Counted from the first letter of the stretch, positions 1-12,582 are shown. The stretch is 64,000 nucleotides of DNA from Felis catus (GCF_018350175.1 NC_058368.1:133736001-133800000), one strand, 5' to 3'. Numbers and translations: made by a program. The notes: a model not told the origin generated them from the sequence alone.

Positions 1-320
1 TCACTCTTCCCCTTCTGAGGCAACTATAGCCACTCAGAATTTCCACAGTCCTCAGTACTTCATAAATTGATGACAGTTTAGTGGCTCTTCATATAATGAT
101 GATGTCATTGCCTCATGAGTAATTTGGATATGACCCTTGTCAGCTCCTAATCTCGACTCTGATCAAATAGTGAGGTTCCAAGGGAAGCTGCCTCATTTTA
201 TATTCTCAGTGTCTTTCTTGACACCTGTCCTGCCTTGCCCTCAGTCGGGACGCGGTTAGTAGCCGAGGGCTGGCTGTCTTTACTCAGTAGCTGCCTTTCT
301 GTTACGATAGAGCAGTGTTC

Positions 321-539
321 TTTTTTTTTTTTTTAAATCTTTAATGTTTATTTTTGAGAGAGAGAGAAAGAGAGAGTGGGCAGGGGAGGGCCAGAGAGAG
401 GGAGACACAGAATCTGAAGCAGGCTCCAGGCTCTGAGCTCTCAGCACAGATCACGATGCAGGGCTCAAACTCATGAGCTTTGAGATCATGACCTCAGCTG
501 AAGTCAGAGGCTTAACCAACTGAGCCACCCAGGTGTCTT
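321..539 (-). mobile_element. Can-SINE (SINEC, felid type)
   Basis: Poly-T, (GA)n linker and reverse tRNA-derived head (TGAGCCACCCAGG); TSD GAGCAG(T/C)GTTC at 310-320 and 540-550. Confidence 0.95.
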
Positions 540-1022
540 GAGCAGCGTTCCTTTGTATTTCCGTTTCATGCCCCGGCTTCTCAGCGGATGTCAAGCCCTG
601 GAGCATCCACGGCACTCTGTACACTCCTATGTGATGTCTTCGGTCCTTTGTCCAGCTCTCCATCTGGTTCATGGAGTCTCAGGTATTGGACACACAGTCA
701 GCGAGAAGTCAGCGAGAAGAAGGCATTCCCTTTCTTCTTAGACCTCCCGAAGCCCTCTTGCCATGTTTAAGGTGTGGCTTGATCACACATGACACATTGC
801 CAGTAGCACACAGTCCTAGTTTCAGAGAAGAATATTCCCACCATATTACCACTCTCCACAAGGACAGTGTTTATGTCTATTTTTTTTTTCACAGATGTAT
901 CCACAAATAGTGCCTGACACACACGGTAGGGGCTCCTACTGCTGGAAGAACGACCATTATCTGTGGGACTCAAGCCTGTTCAGATGTTTTGGGTTTTTTT
1001 TAAAGTATTTTTATTATTTGTT

Positions 1023-1231
1023 GTTTTTAATTTTTTTAATGTTTATTTTTGAGAGAGAAAGACAGCGTGAGCAGGAGAGGTGCAGAGAGAGGGAGACACA
1101 GAATCCGAAGCAGGCTCCAGGCTCTGAGCTGTCAGCACAGAGCCTGATGCGGGGCTTGAACTTGTCAACCATGAGGTCATGACCTGAGCCGAAGTTGGAT
1201 GCTTAACCGACTGAGCCACCCAGGCACCCCC
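1023..1231 (-). mobile_element. Can-SINE nested in the tail of the next SINE
   Basis: Full SINE body; TATTTGTT duplicated at 1015-1022 and 1232-1239. Confidence 0.93.
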
Positions 1232-1239
1232 TATTTGTT

Positions 1240-1474
1240 ATGTTATTATATTATATTATATTATATTATATTATATTATATTATATTATATTATATTATA
1301 TTTTAGAGACAGAGTGAATGTGAGCTGGGAAGAGGGACAGAGGAAGAGAGAGAGAATCCCAGGCAGGCTCTATGCTGAGCATGAGCCTGATGTGGGGCTC
1401 GACCCCATGACCCTGGGATCATGACTTGAGCTGAAATCAAGAGCTGGTGAATGACTGAGCCACCCAGGGGACCC
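1240..1474 (-). mobile_element. Can-SINE (older subfamily) with (TTATA)n-expanded tail
   Basis: SINE body 1303-1474; pentamer repeat 1245-1302 in the tail position; remainder of tail near 994-1014. Confidence 0.9.
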
Positions 1475-1489
1475 AGTTATGATGATTTT

Positions 1490-1668
1490 GTTTAATGTTT
1501 ATTTTACTGATTTTGAGAGAGAGAAGGAGAGAGACAGAATCCCAAGCAGGCCCCACACTGTCAGCACAGAGCCAGATTCAGGGCTCAAACTCCCAAACTG
1601 TGAGATCATGACCTGAGCCAAAATCAAGAGTCAGACACTTAGCTGCCTGAGTCACCTAGATGTCCCCT
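1490..1668 (-). mobile_element. Can-SINE
   Basis: GAATCCCAAGCAGG...GTGAGATCATGACCTGAGCC body and reverse head. Confidence 0.92.
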
Positions 1669-2379
1669 CAGTTCTGATGTTTTTAACCTGTGCTCCAAAC
1701 ATGGCATATATTTATATAGTATGTGTGTTTTAAGAATGGTGTTGACGCTTTGAGAGGGAGGGCATGCATTTTGATTCATTCATAAATATTAAATGATAGC
1801 CATCAAAATGTAAAAACTGGTCAGCCATTAATTATAAATAAAACAAGGTCCAAGGCCGAAGAAGACAGGCATTATTAAAGAAAGGTGAACCTCAGAGTAT
1901 ATTAGAGACCGTGCCTGGCTGTGGTGAGGGGCAGAGAAAATGATCTAGAAGTCATGGCAGATCCCACACTGAAGAGCTCCATCACTTGAAGGAAAGGTAG
2001 TCCGAATGTTAGCTCCATAGAGTGGGGGCCTTTTTCCTTTGCTCGTTGCCATCTCCCTGGCACCTAAGAACACTTGGCGTATAGACACATCATAAAACTA
2101 GTTACGTGTCATTGAACGTGCTTTGAAGCAGCCAGAGATTTCTCAGCCGGTGACTTCGGGGGACTACTCTGAGAAACCAAAGCCCTTCAGGGAGTCTGTA
2201 TTCCCTCCTAGTGTGATTCTAGTCTAGTGTAGAGTTGGGTCCCTGCTGGCCTTCTTCTCCAGGCCTCCCGTTCCCCGGTGCCCCACATATTCCACCTGGC
2301 TAGCTTCCTTCATTGACATTATCTGTCAAGTCCTGGGGAAATGGAGTTTGGGACCCCAGCACGCTGAGTCATAGTGCCT

Positions 2380-2470
2380 GGAGTCTTGGTCATTGCCCCT
2401 ACATCTGCAAGCTCTGTGACTTTGGACAAGTCATGAACTTGATGGACCTTCACTGTCTGAACCTGCAAAT
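2380..2470 (+). mobile_element. MIR fragment
   Basis: CTGTGACTTTGGACAAGTCA resembles the MIR core. Confidence 0.5.
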
Positions 2471-3751
2471 GCCCTGCCTCACTGTTAAGTTCACAACAAA
2501 AATAATAAATAGCTTATAGGTAATTTAGTGTAATAAATGTGTATTTGCAAGAATGGGATCTATAGTGGTCCAAAGGGTAATGAGAAGGACAGGTAGACAA
2601 TAGTTTAACAGACAAGGGCATCAGGGTCAAATGTCACCTAATTCAGTTTTGTTAAGAGCTTGTCCGTTTGTCCTTTTGCTACTAGAAATATTCCTGGGTA
2701 CCCACAGCTGCCTAAATGGCCCCCACTTCACTTGTTGCCATGGTGAGGGATAGACATAAGCAGTATTTACCAAATACATGGCAATATGTTGTGATTTTGT
2801 GTCTTCTTTTCACAGAGAACCTGTAAGTGTGAGAAAGCCACCTGACTGCTAAACTCTTTTTGTTTCATTAACTTTGTAGCATGAGGACCGTTTCCATTTC
2901 TTTTTTATCCTAGTTTCTCCCCTTTCACTCTGTGTAGAACATTGAGAAAATCTGAAAGAAGCTGGTACCAGATGGCAATTTTTTTGTACTCTACAGATTC
3001 CAGTTCCTGTGCTTTTGTGAATGTGATGGTTTAATGAATTGCCTTATGCATCCTTGAGTTTTATTTCGGCATTGCTGTGTAGGACTGAGTCTGTCTACTG
3101 CAGACACTCCAAGCAGAGTTGAGCTTGATTATGAACACTTTGCTGGTCCTGTGGGTGTGGGTCTGGGCAGAGATGGGGAAGCTTGGCATCGGACATCGTT
3201 GATGGGGTGGGGAGGAGGTTGGCATCAGACATCATTGATGGAGGGGGGATTGTGGGGGGAAGTGTGGACAGGCCAGTTAGCACTCCTCTGGGCCCCACCT
3301 CAGTTTCTGCTGTTACTAGTAAGTAAGGCTGCTGGAGGCTGCTGTTACTTGTAAGAATCCGAAGAAGGAAGAATGTGATGATATGTCTGTTGTATGCCAG
3401 GAAGGGGTGGGTGGGCATAAACTCATGTGCAGTAATGGGGAAGGGTGAGTCTAATAAACTTGTTGCAGAAAGATGCTCTGATAGTTTTCCTTTGACTTTC
3501 TTTTACTGGAATCTGTTTATTTATTTTTTTTAACTGATACCATAAACTTAGGTGTTAAAAAGTTACTGAGTCTAGGGAATGAAGTCTTGTGAAGTCAGGT
3601 AGTTAAGCATAGCTTTCAAGTTCACTTGGGTCCCTGGAAACCATTAGTCCTTTCACTGACATTGGTCATGGGTCTGGGGGGGTGTACATGTGCCAGGTCC
3701 TGGGAATGCTTCTGGAGCCTTGGTCTTTATCAGGATTATTCTCAGTTTTTT

Positions 3752-3961
3752 CTTTTAATTTTTTCAATGTTTATTTAGTTCTGAGAGAGACAGAGTGCAA
3801 GTGGGAGAGGAGCAGAGAGAGAGGGAGACACAGAATCCGAAGCAGGCCTCAGGCTCTGAGCTGTCAGCACAGAGCCCGATTGGGGGCTCTAACTCACGAA
3901 CGGCAAGATCACAACCTGAGCTGAAGTCGGACGCTTACCCGACTGAGCCACCCAGGCGCCC
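3752..3961 (-). mobile_element. Can-SINE
   Basis: Full body; TSD TATTCTCAGTTTTTT at 3737-3751 and 3963-3977. Confidence 0.95.
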
Positions 3962-4109
3962 ATATTCTCAGTTTTTTCTCAAGTGTTCACTTTTTCTCTT
4001 TGGTTCACTGACTTGGATGAGAAGCCATCCTTACTGACTTAGACATTTGCATCTCTATTAGCTTCGTTTTCATTTGTCCAGAACTTGCTGCATACCCAGT
4101 GCTGTTCTT

Positions 4110-4210
4110 AGTCCTTCACATGTATTAATTCGCTGTCCCTGTGAGACAAGGATACTGTTGTCATTTTACAAACATGAAAACTGAGGCACAGAGAAAGTTA
4201 CCTGTAGTGA
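4110..4210 (-). mobile_element. MIR fragment
   Basis: CATTTTACAAACATGAAAACTGAGGCACAGAGAAAGTTA matches the reverse MIR core. Confidence 0.7.
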
Positions 4211-5084
4211 CCACACATCTTCGTTTGCCCAGGTTCCGCTCAATTTATGCCTATTGTCCCAATGTGATTTTTGAAAGTGCCTTCCTTGACTTTCAAACCC
4301 TCCAAGGTCGGACAAGTTATACCCACCTACCAATGTCAAGAAAGAGGCTGACCTGGTTCACAGTAAAGCATCTGGTGGGAGAGCCCACATTCTTACTCTG
4401 GCATAAGTACTCTGTCTACATTTTCCTTCAACACACTGGAGTTTGCAATTATTTTAAATTTGCATTCTGAATAGAATATTCTATTTAAAGGGGAGGGATT
4501 TTGTTACTCTGTTTGGAGCTCATCTGCTTGGTTCACTATACAAGTAAATTTTTCAGTCCTCTGTTGAGAGTGCGGTTATGGGGCTGGAGAGCATCTTCTG
4601 AGTCGTGGCGCCCTATTTTTCTCTTTTAAACAAATTTTATTTTAGACAGAGCCTAGATCATGTGATGAAGGTTAAATTGGTTTCCCTTGGAAATCAGGCC
4701 GTGGGTCCCAGTGGCTCTGCCGTCTACTCCTGCTCTAACCTGAGAAGCCTATGGAGAATTCCCTGAGCCAGGGCTGGCCTGCTTACACCCTGGGGGTGGC
4801 CCGCGTCTCACCATTGCTCTGATGGCCCCAGGCCCTTTGAGCCCTACTAGAGCCACAGCACAGCACATCTAGCCCTACTAGAGCCACTTCCTTTGTAGCA
4901 CTCACATTAAATGCTTGCCTGAACCTACCACTCCGGAGTGGTTTATTACAGTCTTTCCGGGCCAAATACTGAGACCAACTTGTTGAATTTGGGTTTTAGA
5001 ATATATTGAAATTTCTCTTTGGAGTTTTAACAGTTAGCTCTTATTTACTCGACCGTCTTGGGCAAATGAAGAAATTACTTTGTG

Positions 5085-5085
<1 letters not shown>

Positions 5086-5126
<41 letters not shown>
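5086..5126. repeat. (TG)n microsatellite
   Basis: Pure TG run. Confidence 0.98.
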
Positions 5127-5129
<3 letters not shown>

Positions 5130-5934
5130 GCAGCAAGGGAGGAGAGGAGGGTACTGCCCTATATCCCATTTTGTTGCCGCATTGCTTTGAGACTAGAAAA
5201 AAGACATTTCACATCGTTTTTTAAAACCTGTTTCCTATACTTAAAATGCTGCTGCAGCCATTAACACCCACCCTGTTGATAAGAGAATTAAGTTGTGATA
5301 TTCCTTGAAAGCATGAGATGGTGATGATAATATGAAGTACGGAGGTGTCTCTGTAAGTGAATACAAATGCAGAATTAAAACATTCTTAAGTTTCTCCAGC
5401 AGTGACATGAGGATAATAATACCTCTTGGAGGTGTTGTAAGAATTAATTAGGTGACGTTTGTGAGAAGTTCTAAGATGACTGTTCTGTTTTATTATTATT
5501 AGCTTCGTATTGTTCTTGGAAACACAGTGTAGAAAAGGAACTGCAGAACCCAACCTTTGTAAGAAGGATGTTGCATATTCTCACATGACAGTGATTGATG
5601 AGATACTATGAAACTGAGAAAGCTGTACTAATGATCCCAAGTGAATAGGAGATGAGCTACATTTCATGGGTTCTTCTGCTTGTCTACTACTATTCTCATG
5701 ACAATATGCTCCACCGAATTATTACTGGATCCGGTGAAAACAGTATGGAGATCCCCCAGAGTGAGAGAACATTTCTTTTCCAGCAGTGGTATCAGAATTG
5801 TTTTTTTTCTCTTCTCTTTATATAAAATATGCGTTTGGCTCCATCTTAACCAAGTTCTGAGTTGCAGTCCTTTTTAATTCCTCCCCCCTCTGTGGTATGT
5901 GTGTATGGATGCGTGTGTGTGTATCGTCCATGAG

Positions 5935-6290
5935 GACGTCCTGTTGATTCTTTGCCATCTACTTCGCTTACTCCCTCTTTGTACCACCTTAGTCGGAGCC
6001 ACTAGCATTTACCCCTGGATTTGTGTAATAGCCTCCTAACTTAATGCTTCATTTCAAACTGTGCCCTCCCAACAGCCAGCTCGCTGAGTGATCTTCGTAG
6101 TGCCAGACACTCCCCTGCTCAGAGCCTTCCACTGCCCGCCCTCCCATCTCCCATGACCTCACTTCCTGCTGCCTCTCGCTTATTTCCTTCGGGCCACATT
6201 GGGCTCTGCTTTCTCTTGACCGTTCCAGTTGTGTCTGTGTCAGTGCCCATTGTCCCCTGTTCCTGAAATACTCCCTCCTATGGAGGAATA
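5935..6290 (+). mobile_element. L2 fragment (5' part, interrupted)
   Basis: CCTGGATTTGTGTAATAGCCTCCTAACT resembles L2; continues after the L1MC-like insert. Confidence 0.6.
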
Positions 6291-6294
6291 ATAC

Positions 6295-7350
6295 AGTCAA
6301 CACCCTTGTTCACCTCGATTCACCGGTTTGCCCTTGCCACATTTGCTTTATCTTCCTGCCTCCTTCCCTCTTAGCCCCTGCATGTATTTCAATTTTTGTT
6401 CTTTTGCTGATCCATTTGAGAGTCCTTTGCAGACATTCACTTTACCCCTAAATACTTGAACATTTATCTCCGAAGAACAAGTACATTCTCTTTCATAAGC
6501 ATATCATTATGTCATTATTATACTCTGAAGTTGAACATGATTATAGTATTATCTGATATGCAGCCCGTATCACATTTCTCCAGTTAGCCCCAAAAAGTTC
6601 TTGAGAGTCGTATTTTTAAATCCAGGATCCTGTTAAAGATTATATATTCTATTTAGTTGTCCTATCTCTTTAGTCTCCTTTAATTTTTAACAGTTTCCCC
6701 AGTTGGGAAGGGTCTTTTCCTAACACTGACATTTTTCAAGAGTGTAGTACAACTCTTTTGTTGACTGTCCCACAATTTCGATTTATCTGATGGTTTCTTT
6801 TTCATTAGATTCAGGTTAAACATATTTGGCAAGAACAGATGATGATGTCTTCACAAGAAAATTGTATTGGGAAGCCCACAATCCAGTATCTGCCAGATTC
6901 TCCCCTTGTGATGACACCTTTTTTGCTTTATAATGTCTGGAGTGACATTTTGAGTCCACATGGATAATATCTTCTCAAGCTTTCACCGAGTGATTTTTGC
7001 ATTCGTTGATGACCTGAATCAATTATGATCTTGCCGTTTATCAAAAGACAGTTTTCTATTTCCGTTATTATCTATGGGTTTTCAGTTAAGGAAGAATTTT
7101 TCTCCTTCCCCTCCTCCTACTGTTGGGAGTATTGCTACTGATTCATGCATTTCTAAAGAGTAAAATAGAAAAGAAGTATATATTTGATGTGTACTGACCC
7201 ATGACCGTCATTTCCTTTTTTTTTTTTTTTTTTTTTTTTGGTCAGGTTGTCTCAAAATTCATCAGTGGAAATCCTTTCAAGCTGACTCCTGGGTCCTTTT
7301 GACATCACCCTCTTAGTTTTTTAGCCTTTTTTCATTTTCCGGCACAAGTT
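6295..7350 (-). mobile_element. Ancient L1 (L1MC-like) 3' region
   Basis: TTTGCAGACAT...ACCCCTAAATACTT...AAGAACAAGTACATTCTC and TTAGATTCAGGTTAAACATATTTGGCAAGAA resemble L1MC4/5 3' ends. Confidence 0.7.
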
Positions 7351-7389
7351 GTGGCTGTGCAGTAAAAGAGGAACCTGATCACCAGTCAC

Positions 7390-7652
7390 CTCATCTTTTC
7401 TTCACTACCTTAACATCTGAACTTAAACATCACTGCAACAGAGATGCCCTCCTCAGCCCCACCGTCTCCTTTCAACCTGCATCATGTACATATCCCCATT
7501 CAATATGTAACATTTTACTGGTTGTTTATCTTACCCACCTGGAATGAAACCTCAACACTGGCAGGGGCTTGCCTATTTTGCTCCCCGCTGGGTCGGCCAT
7601 GACTGATACCTAGAATATCCCCAACAAATAGTTGTTGGAGAAAATGAATGAA
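7390..7652 (+). mobile_element. L2 3' end
   Basis: Ends in ...TTGTTGGAGAAAATGAATGAAT, typical of the L2 terminus. Confidence 0.6.
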
Positions 7653-8217
7653 TTTATCCCTATCTTGAGTCTCCATCAAGCTCTTCCAAATTAGCTGCAG
7701 GTTTTCTGTTCTTGACCCTGACGTGAATTGGGCTGCAGGGAGTCCTCACTCGTATGTCTGGATTTCATCGCAATTATCACCCATAGTGGTCCCTCTTGCC
7801 TTCGGATTCTGGTGATACTTGAAACTCTTATGAACAGCGCATCACAGGTGACGCTCTGGGGCAGGCACTTGACAGTGACCATGGAAGCATTATGATGCGG
7901 TTCTCTGTTCTCCAGCTACTCTGAACAGACGGTCTGGCTATTTTAGAAATAACAAATGAAGCACTTGCCATTATGTGTTAGAATTTTTACCTGGGTACTG
8001 ATGTTGGGAAATAAAAATTAAGGAGAACAAAGGTTTTATTTTCTAAATGAACAAATAGTCATTCATTCGGGACATAATACGTTAAAAGCCTTCACGGGAT
8101 TTACAAAGCCTTAAGAGTTCTTATTCTCGAAGAGTTTCTATTCTAGTGGCGATGATAAGGAATAAGAAAAGAATATGGGGCAGGAATTGCGCATTAACAC
8201 CTAATGTAACTGGTGGG

Positions 8218-8570
8218 TGTAGTGGGCTGAACGGTGGTCCCAAAGATAGCAGAACCTAATCCCTGAAACCTGTAAATGTTATCTTAATGGAAAAAAGTCT
8301 TTGCAGATGTGATTAATTTAAGGATTTTGAGATGAAGAGATTATGCTGGATTATCCCAGTGGGTCCTAAATCCAATCATAAGAATCCTTGTGAGAGGGAG
8401 GCAGAGGGAGATGGGGCACACAGAGAAGCTGGAAGAGGCAAGGGACAGATTCTCTCCTAGCGCCTCTGGAGGGAACATAGCCTGCTGATACGTTGCTTTG
8501 GGCCCACGATACTGATTTCAGACTTCTGGCCTCCAGAACTGTGAGAGAATACATTTTTGCTGCTTTAAAT
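8218..8570 (+). mobile_element. MLT1 (ERVL-MaLR) solo LTR, MLT1C/D-like
   Basis: CTTTGCAGATGTGATTAA..AAGGATTTTGAGATG and GACTTCTGGCCTCCAGAACTGTGAGAGAATACATTT motifs. Confidence 0.88.
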
Positions 8571-8865
8571 CAGAGGAACAAAATATGTTAAAGTGCACAT
8601 TCTCTTATCTGTGTGGTGTCTGTGGAATGGCCCTGTCAGAGCTGCACGGTGAGGACTGTTACCTCTGGTCCCCTGAAGCAGGGGTGCGAGGACTGAGGGA
8701 GTCATGTGAGTAGAACCAGTTTTCCTGATTCTGAGGCCACCCAGGGCCGCTCTCACCCAGGTGTCCTACCTCCTTCCCATAACCAGCGCTGAAGAACAGC
8801 ACAGCCTGCTCGTAAAGATGGTTCACAAGAGACAGGCCTATGAGAGGCAGGACCCAAAAGCATTC

Positions 8866-8926
8866 TTTTTTTTTTTTTTTTAAATCTTTTGTTATTTTTG
8901 AGACAGAGAGACAGAGCATGAGCAGT

Positions 8927-8970
<44 letters not shown>

Positions 8971-9110
8971 CAGAGACAGAATCATGAAGCAGGCTCTAGG
9001 CTCTGAGCTGTCAGCACAGAGCCCGATGCCGGGCTCGAACCCATGAACTGTGAGATCATAACCTGAGCCGAAGTTGGACACTTAACCAACCGAGCCACCC
9101 AGGTACCCCC
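8866..9110 (-). mobile_element. Can-SINE
   Basis: Full body with (GAGACA)n linker; GCATTCTT on both flanks. Confidence 0.95.
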
Positions 9111-10156
9111 AAAGGCATTCTTCTGGGGTAAAGGTATTTGACGAGTCAGATGACCAGCCTGTTTCTCACATTCCAAGGGGCTCATTGCCTCTTCAAGTGG
9201 CTGTTACTTAAGTGGCTTCCAGATTTTGGATGCCCTGGAGCCATGTGTGTGTCTGTGTGTCTGTATTTGCCTGGAACAGAGAATCCCTTGCTGTCTCATT
9301 GACAGTACCTTTTAGCCCATCTCTTGGAACCATCGTCTGTATGGTTCCGTGTGCTGGGTGGCTTCCTGGCACATTGCAGGCAGTGGGATCTGGGGAAGCC
9401 TGCCCAAGCCTTCAGAGAAAAGCCACCGAATGAACTACATTTCTAGTCCTCCAGCACTCTTATCCCTCCTGGAAAATGCTTGCTGTGGCTCCCTCTTTCT
9501 CCCTGGCAGCTACTAAAATCCCCCTGTTGCAGAGTCTGCTGCAGATGTATGTTCTAGGCCTCACGGCCCTTCATGCTGCTCCCCCCTGCTTTATACCACT
9601 GATGATGACTCAGTCCCTCATCTATTCAGCAGTCATTTTGCTTCTGAGAGACTGGTGTGGTGCTGGGAGAGATGAAAATAAGTGGGATTCTGTCCCTCCC
9701 CTGTGGGAGCTCTGATCTGTATGGGAACCAGACAAGGAAACAGCTGGACTGAAGTGTGACAGCAGTGATAGGGCAGTGATACTCCCCATGCGGCTCCCTC
9801 CTCACGGATATTAGGAGAACAAGCAGTGTATTTAATAGAGGGGACTCTGCAGGCTCACCCAGGAACCAGGACATGGAAGAGAATCCCTGGACCGTGGCAT
9901 CCTGTGGGAGCGTCTGAACAGTTAGCACCTCCACAGTGCAGATCTGGGTTTTCTGTGTTTATCCTGTCTGTACCTGTTACCTTTCTAGAACTTGCAGCAT
10001 TATCTAGTTCATATGGGTTTCCTAGTTAGCTCATTGTGGAGTATGAGTAACTGAGTGCCCCTTTTATCCTTTTAATAGTCACTGACCACCATCCTCAACT
10101 CCTATGCATCTATATCCTTGTATCAATGATGGGAGGTATAAAAAGAGCTAAACTTA

Positions 10157-10349
10157 GTGGTACCTGGGTAGCTGAGTCGGTTATGCATCTTACTCCTGAT
10201 TTTGGCTCAGGTCATGATCTCATGGTTCGTGAGTTCGAGCTCCACATCAGGCTCTGCGCTGACAATGCGGAGCCTGCTTGAGATTCTCTCTCTGTTCCTC
10301 TCTGTGCCCCTCCCCTGCTCTGTCTCTCATCCTCTCTCTTTCTCTCTCA

Positions 10350-10376
<27 letters not shown>
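10157..10376 (+). mobile_element. Can-SINE
   Basis: Head with B-box GAGTTCGAG, (CT)n linker and long poly-A; AGCTAAA on both flanks. Confidence 0.95.
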
Positions 10377-10381
<5 letters not shown>

Positions 10382-11317
10382 AATTTTATAGACATAGCTA
10401 GAGACCAGCAGTCTGAGAGCTTGAACAAGAACCAGAATTATATGGCATTGGATGATACTTGGGGTCAGCCTCAGCTATCTGATAAAGACGGTCTCATCTT
10501 TGTGACTGTGGGGTTCCTTTTGAATGTGAGGCATTTTGTAGAACATCCACATACTCTCTTGACTGAATGTATCTCTTGAAAGAAAAGACAGAAAGCAGAA
10601 AGTGACTGTGGACTCCAGAACATTTAAAATTGTCTAATTTATTGATCGCAACAACAGCTGTAGGCATTGGGAAAAAAAATGTGCTTCTCTGCATGGCTTT
10701 GTTCATTCAGGCTCTTGGCAGTGTTGGGACTCACATACCTCATAATAGCTTTAAGAGCAAGAAGCTGCTCTTCACCTTAATGACCCATCAGGTTGTTCTC
10801 TGAGCTTACACTGGCATTATTTCCTTCCGAAGAGAAAACAAAACAAAACAAAACAAAAAACAGATAACAAGTCACCAGGGCTACAGAAATCAGTGAGATT
10901 CCATTTGATGCTATGTTGTGTAGTGAAAACAGAACTGAAGACATTTGACAAAAAAAGTAATTTATTGTTTTGTTAGTTTCTGCCTAACTTTGCGCATGCC
11001 AGTGGCATTTTGATAAAATGGTGGCGACTGCAGAGGATTTGAACTCTGTACTTGGAACTCTGTTTATCCTGTCTTCTAAAGCATTTTCATTTCTCTTCTT
11101 AACTTCTTTGGCGCTTCATAGTGGATTTTATTTTTCAGTTTGAATCTGTTGTGTAGCACTGCTATAAAATCGCATGTAAAATTTTCTATTTCATATTTTG
11201 AGGCACTGTGTTATTCTGTCTTGAAGTTTGTAAGTTTGGTTATGAATGAACGTAAGAGAAGGTACACTTTAAAATTATTGTGATCTTGTTAGCACAGCAT
11301 TAAAATAAAAAATAATT

Positions 11318-11450
11318 GGGGCACCTGGGTGGCTCAGTCGGTTAAGCGTCCAGCTTCGGCTCAGGTCATGATCTCGCGGTTCGTGAGTTCAAGCCCCACA
11401 TCGGGCTCTGTGCTGACAGCTCAGAGCCTGGAGCCTGTTTCGGATTATGT

Positions 11451-11502
<52 letters not shown>

Positions 11503-11546
11503 CCCCCCCCCACTCGTGCTCTGTCTCTCAAAAATAAATAAACATT
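11318..11546 (+). mobile_element. Can-SINE (host of a nested insertion)
   Basis: GGGGCACCTGGGTGGCTCAGTCGG head; A-rich tail resumes at 11777-11812. Confidence 0.95.
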
Positions 11547-11761
11547 GGGGCGCCTGGGTGGCGCAGTCGGTTAAGCGTCCGACTTCAGCCAGGTCACGAT
11601 CTCGCGGTCCGTGAGTTCGAGCCCCGCGTCAGGGTCTGGGCTGATGGCTCAGAGCCTGGAGCCTGTTTCCGATTCTGTGTCTCCCTCTCTCTCTGCCCCT
11701 CCCCCGTTCATGCTCTGTCTCTCTCTGTCCCAAAAATAAATAAACGTTGAAAAAAATAAAT
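11547..11761 (+). mobile_element. Young felid Can-SINE inserted in the previous SINE's tail
   Basis: CpG-intact body; TSD AAATAAATAAACATT at 11532-11546 and 11762-11776. Confidence 0.96.
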
Positions 11762-12000
11762 AAATAAATAAACATTAAATTAAAAATAAATAAAAGTAAA
11801 ATTAAAAAAAAATCATTTCAGGAACGCAAAACACTCCTCTGGTCTCCCCTTCCTTCCAAAAATGATAGCTTCTTAAGAGCTTCCGTATTGGGTGGCAGTT
11901 GTGTAAGTTATAATAATGAGAGTAAGATTTACTCAGTGAAGGCAAAATTTAAAATGTACCCATTCTAGTTTATTCTTTGTCTTAAAAACCAGCCCTTAGC

Positions 12001-12204
12001 CGGGTGCCTGGGTGGCTCAGTCTGTTAAGCATCTGACTCTTGGTTTCAGCTCAGGTCATGATCTCACAGTTCATGAGTTCGAACCCTGCACTGGGCTCTG
12101 CGCTGACAGCACAGAGCCTGCCTGGGATTCTCTCTCTCCCTCTCTCTCTCTGTCCCTCCTCTGCTTTGCCTCTCAAAATAAATAAACTTAATTTTTTTTT
12201 TTTT
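12001..12204 (+). mobile_element. Can-SINE
   Basis: Head, (CT)n linker, AATAAA tail; flanks AAA(C/T)CAGCC(C/T)TTAG. Confidence 0.94.
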
Positions 12205-12384
12205 AAATCAGCCTTTAGGAAAGCATCTCAAAACTTTTGGCAAGTTGTAGCATATCAACTGGTCAGTAAATACAACCATGTATGGTTGGTTTATTCTACT
12301 AATATCAAAAATATCAAGAAAGAGATGTTCTGGTTATCTTGGAACTTATTTTGGTTTTAAATAACAATTCACTTAAACCAAGAG

Positions 12385-12582
12385 GTTTATTGGAGACAGA
12401 GAAAGAGAGAGCAGGGGAGGGGAGGGACAGAGAGAGAGAGAGAAGAGAGAGAGAATCCCAAGCAGGCTCCACACTGTCAGCACAGAACCCAATGCGGGGC
12501 TCAAACTCATGAATCATGAGTTCATGACCTGAGCCAACATTAAGAGTTGGACACTTAACCGACTGAGCCACCCAGGTACCCC
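12385..12582 (-). mobile_element. Can-SINE
   Basis: Reverse body and head. Confidence 0.94.

Noticed and set aside
97..162. ATGATGA...CTGA spacing like a C/D snoRNA (similar case at 4662-4743)
   Set aside because: No terminal stem and no recognisable rRNA or snRNA guide; such boxes are frequent by chance
696..717. 11-bp tandem duplication AGTCAGCGAGA
   Set aside because: Ordinary slippage duplication with no functional signal
11547..11630. tRNA-like A/B boxes
   Set aside because: tRNA-derived SINE head followed by SINE body, tail and TSD; not a tRNA gene
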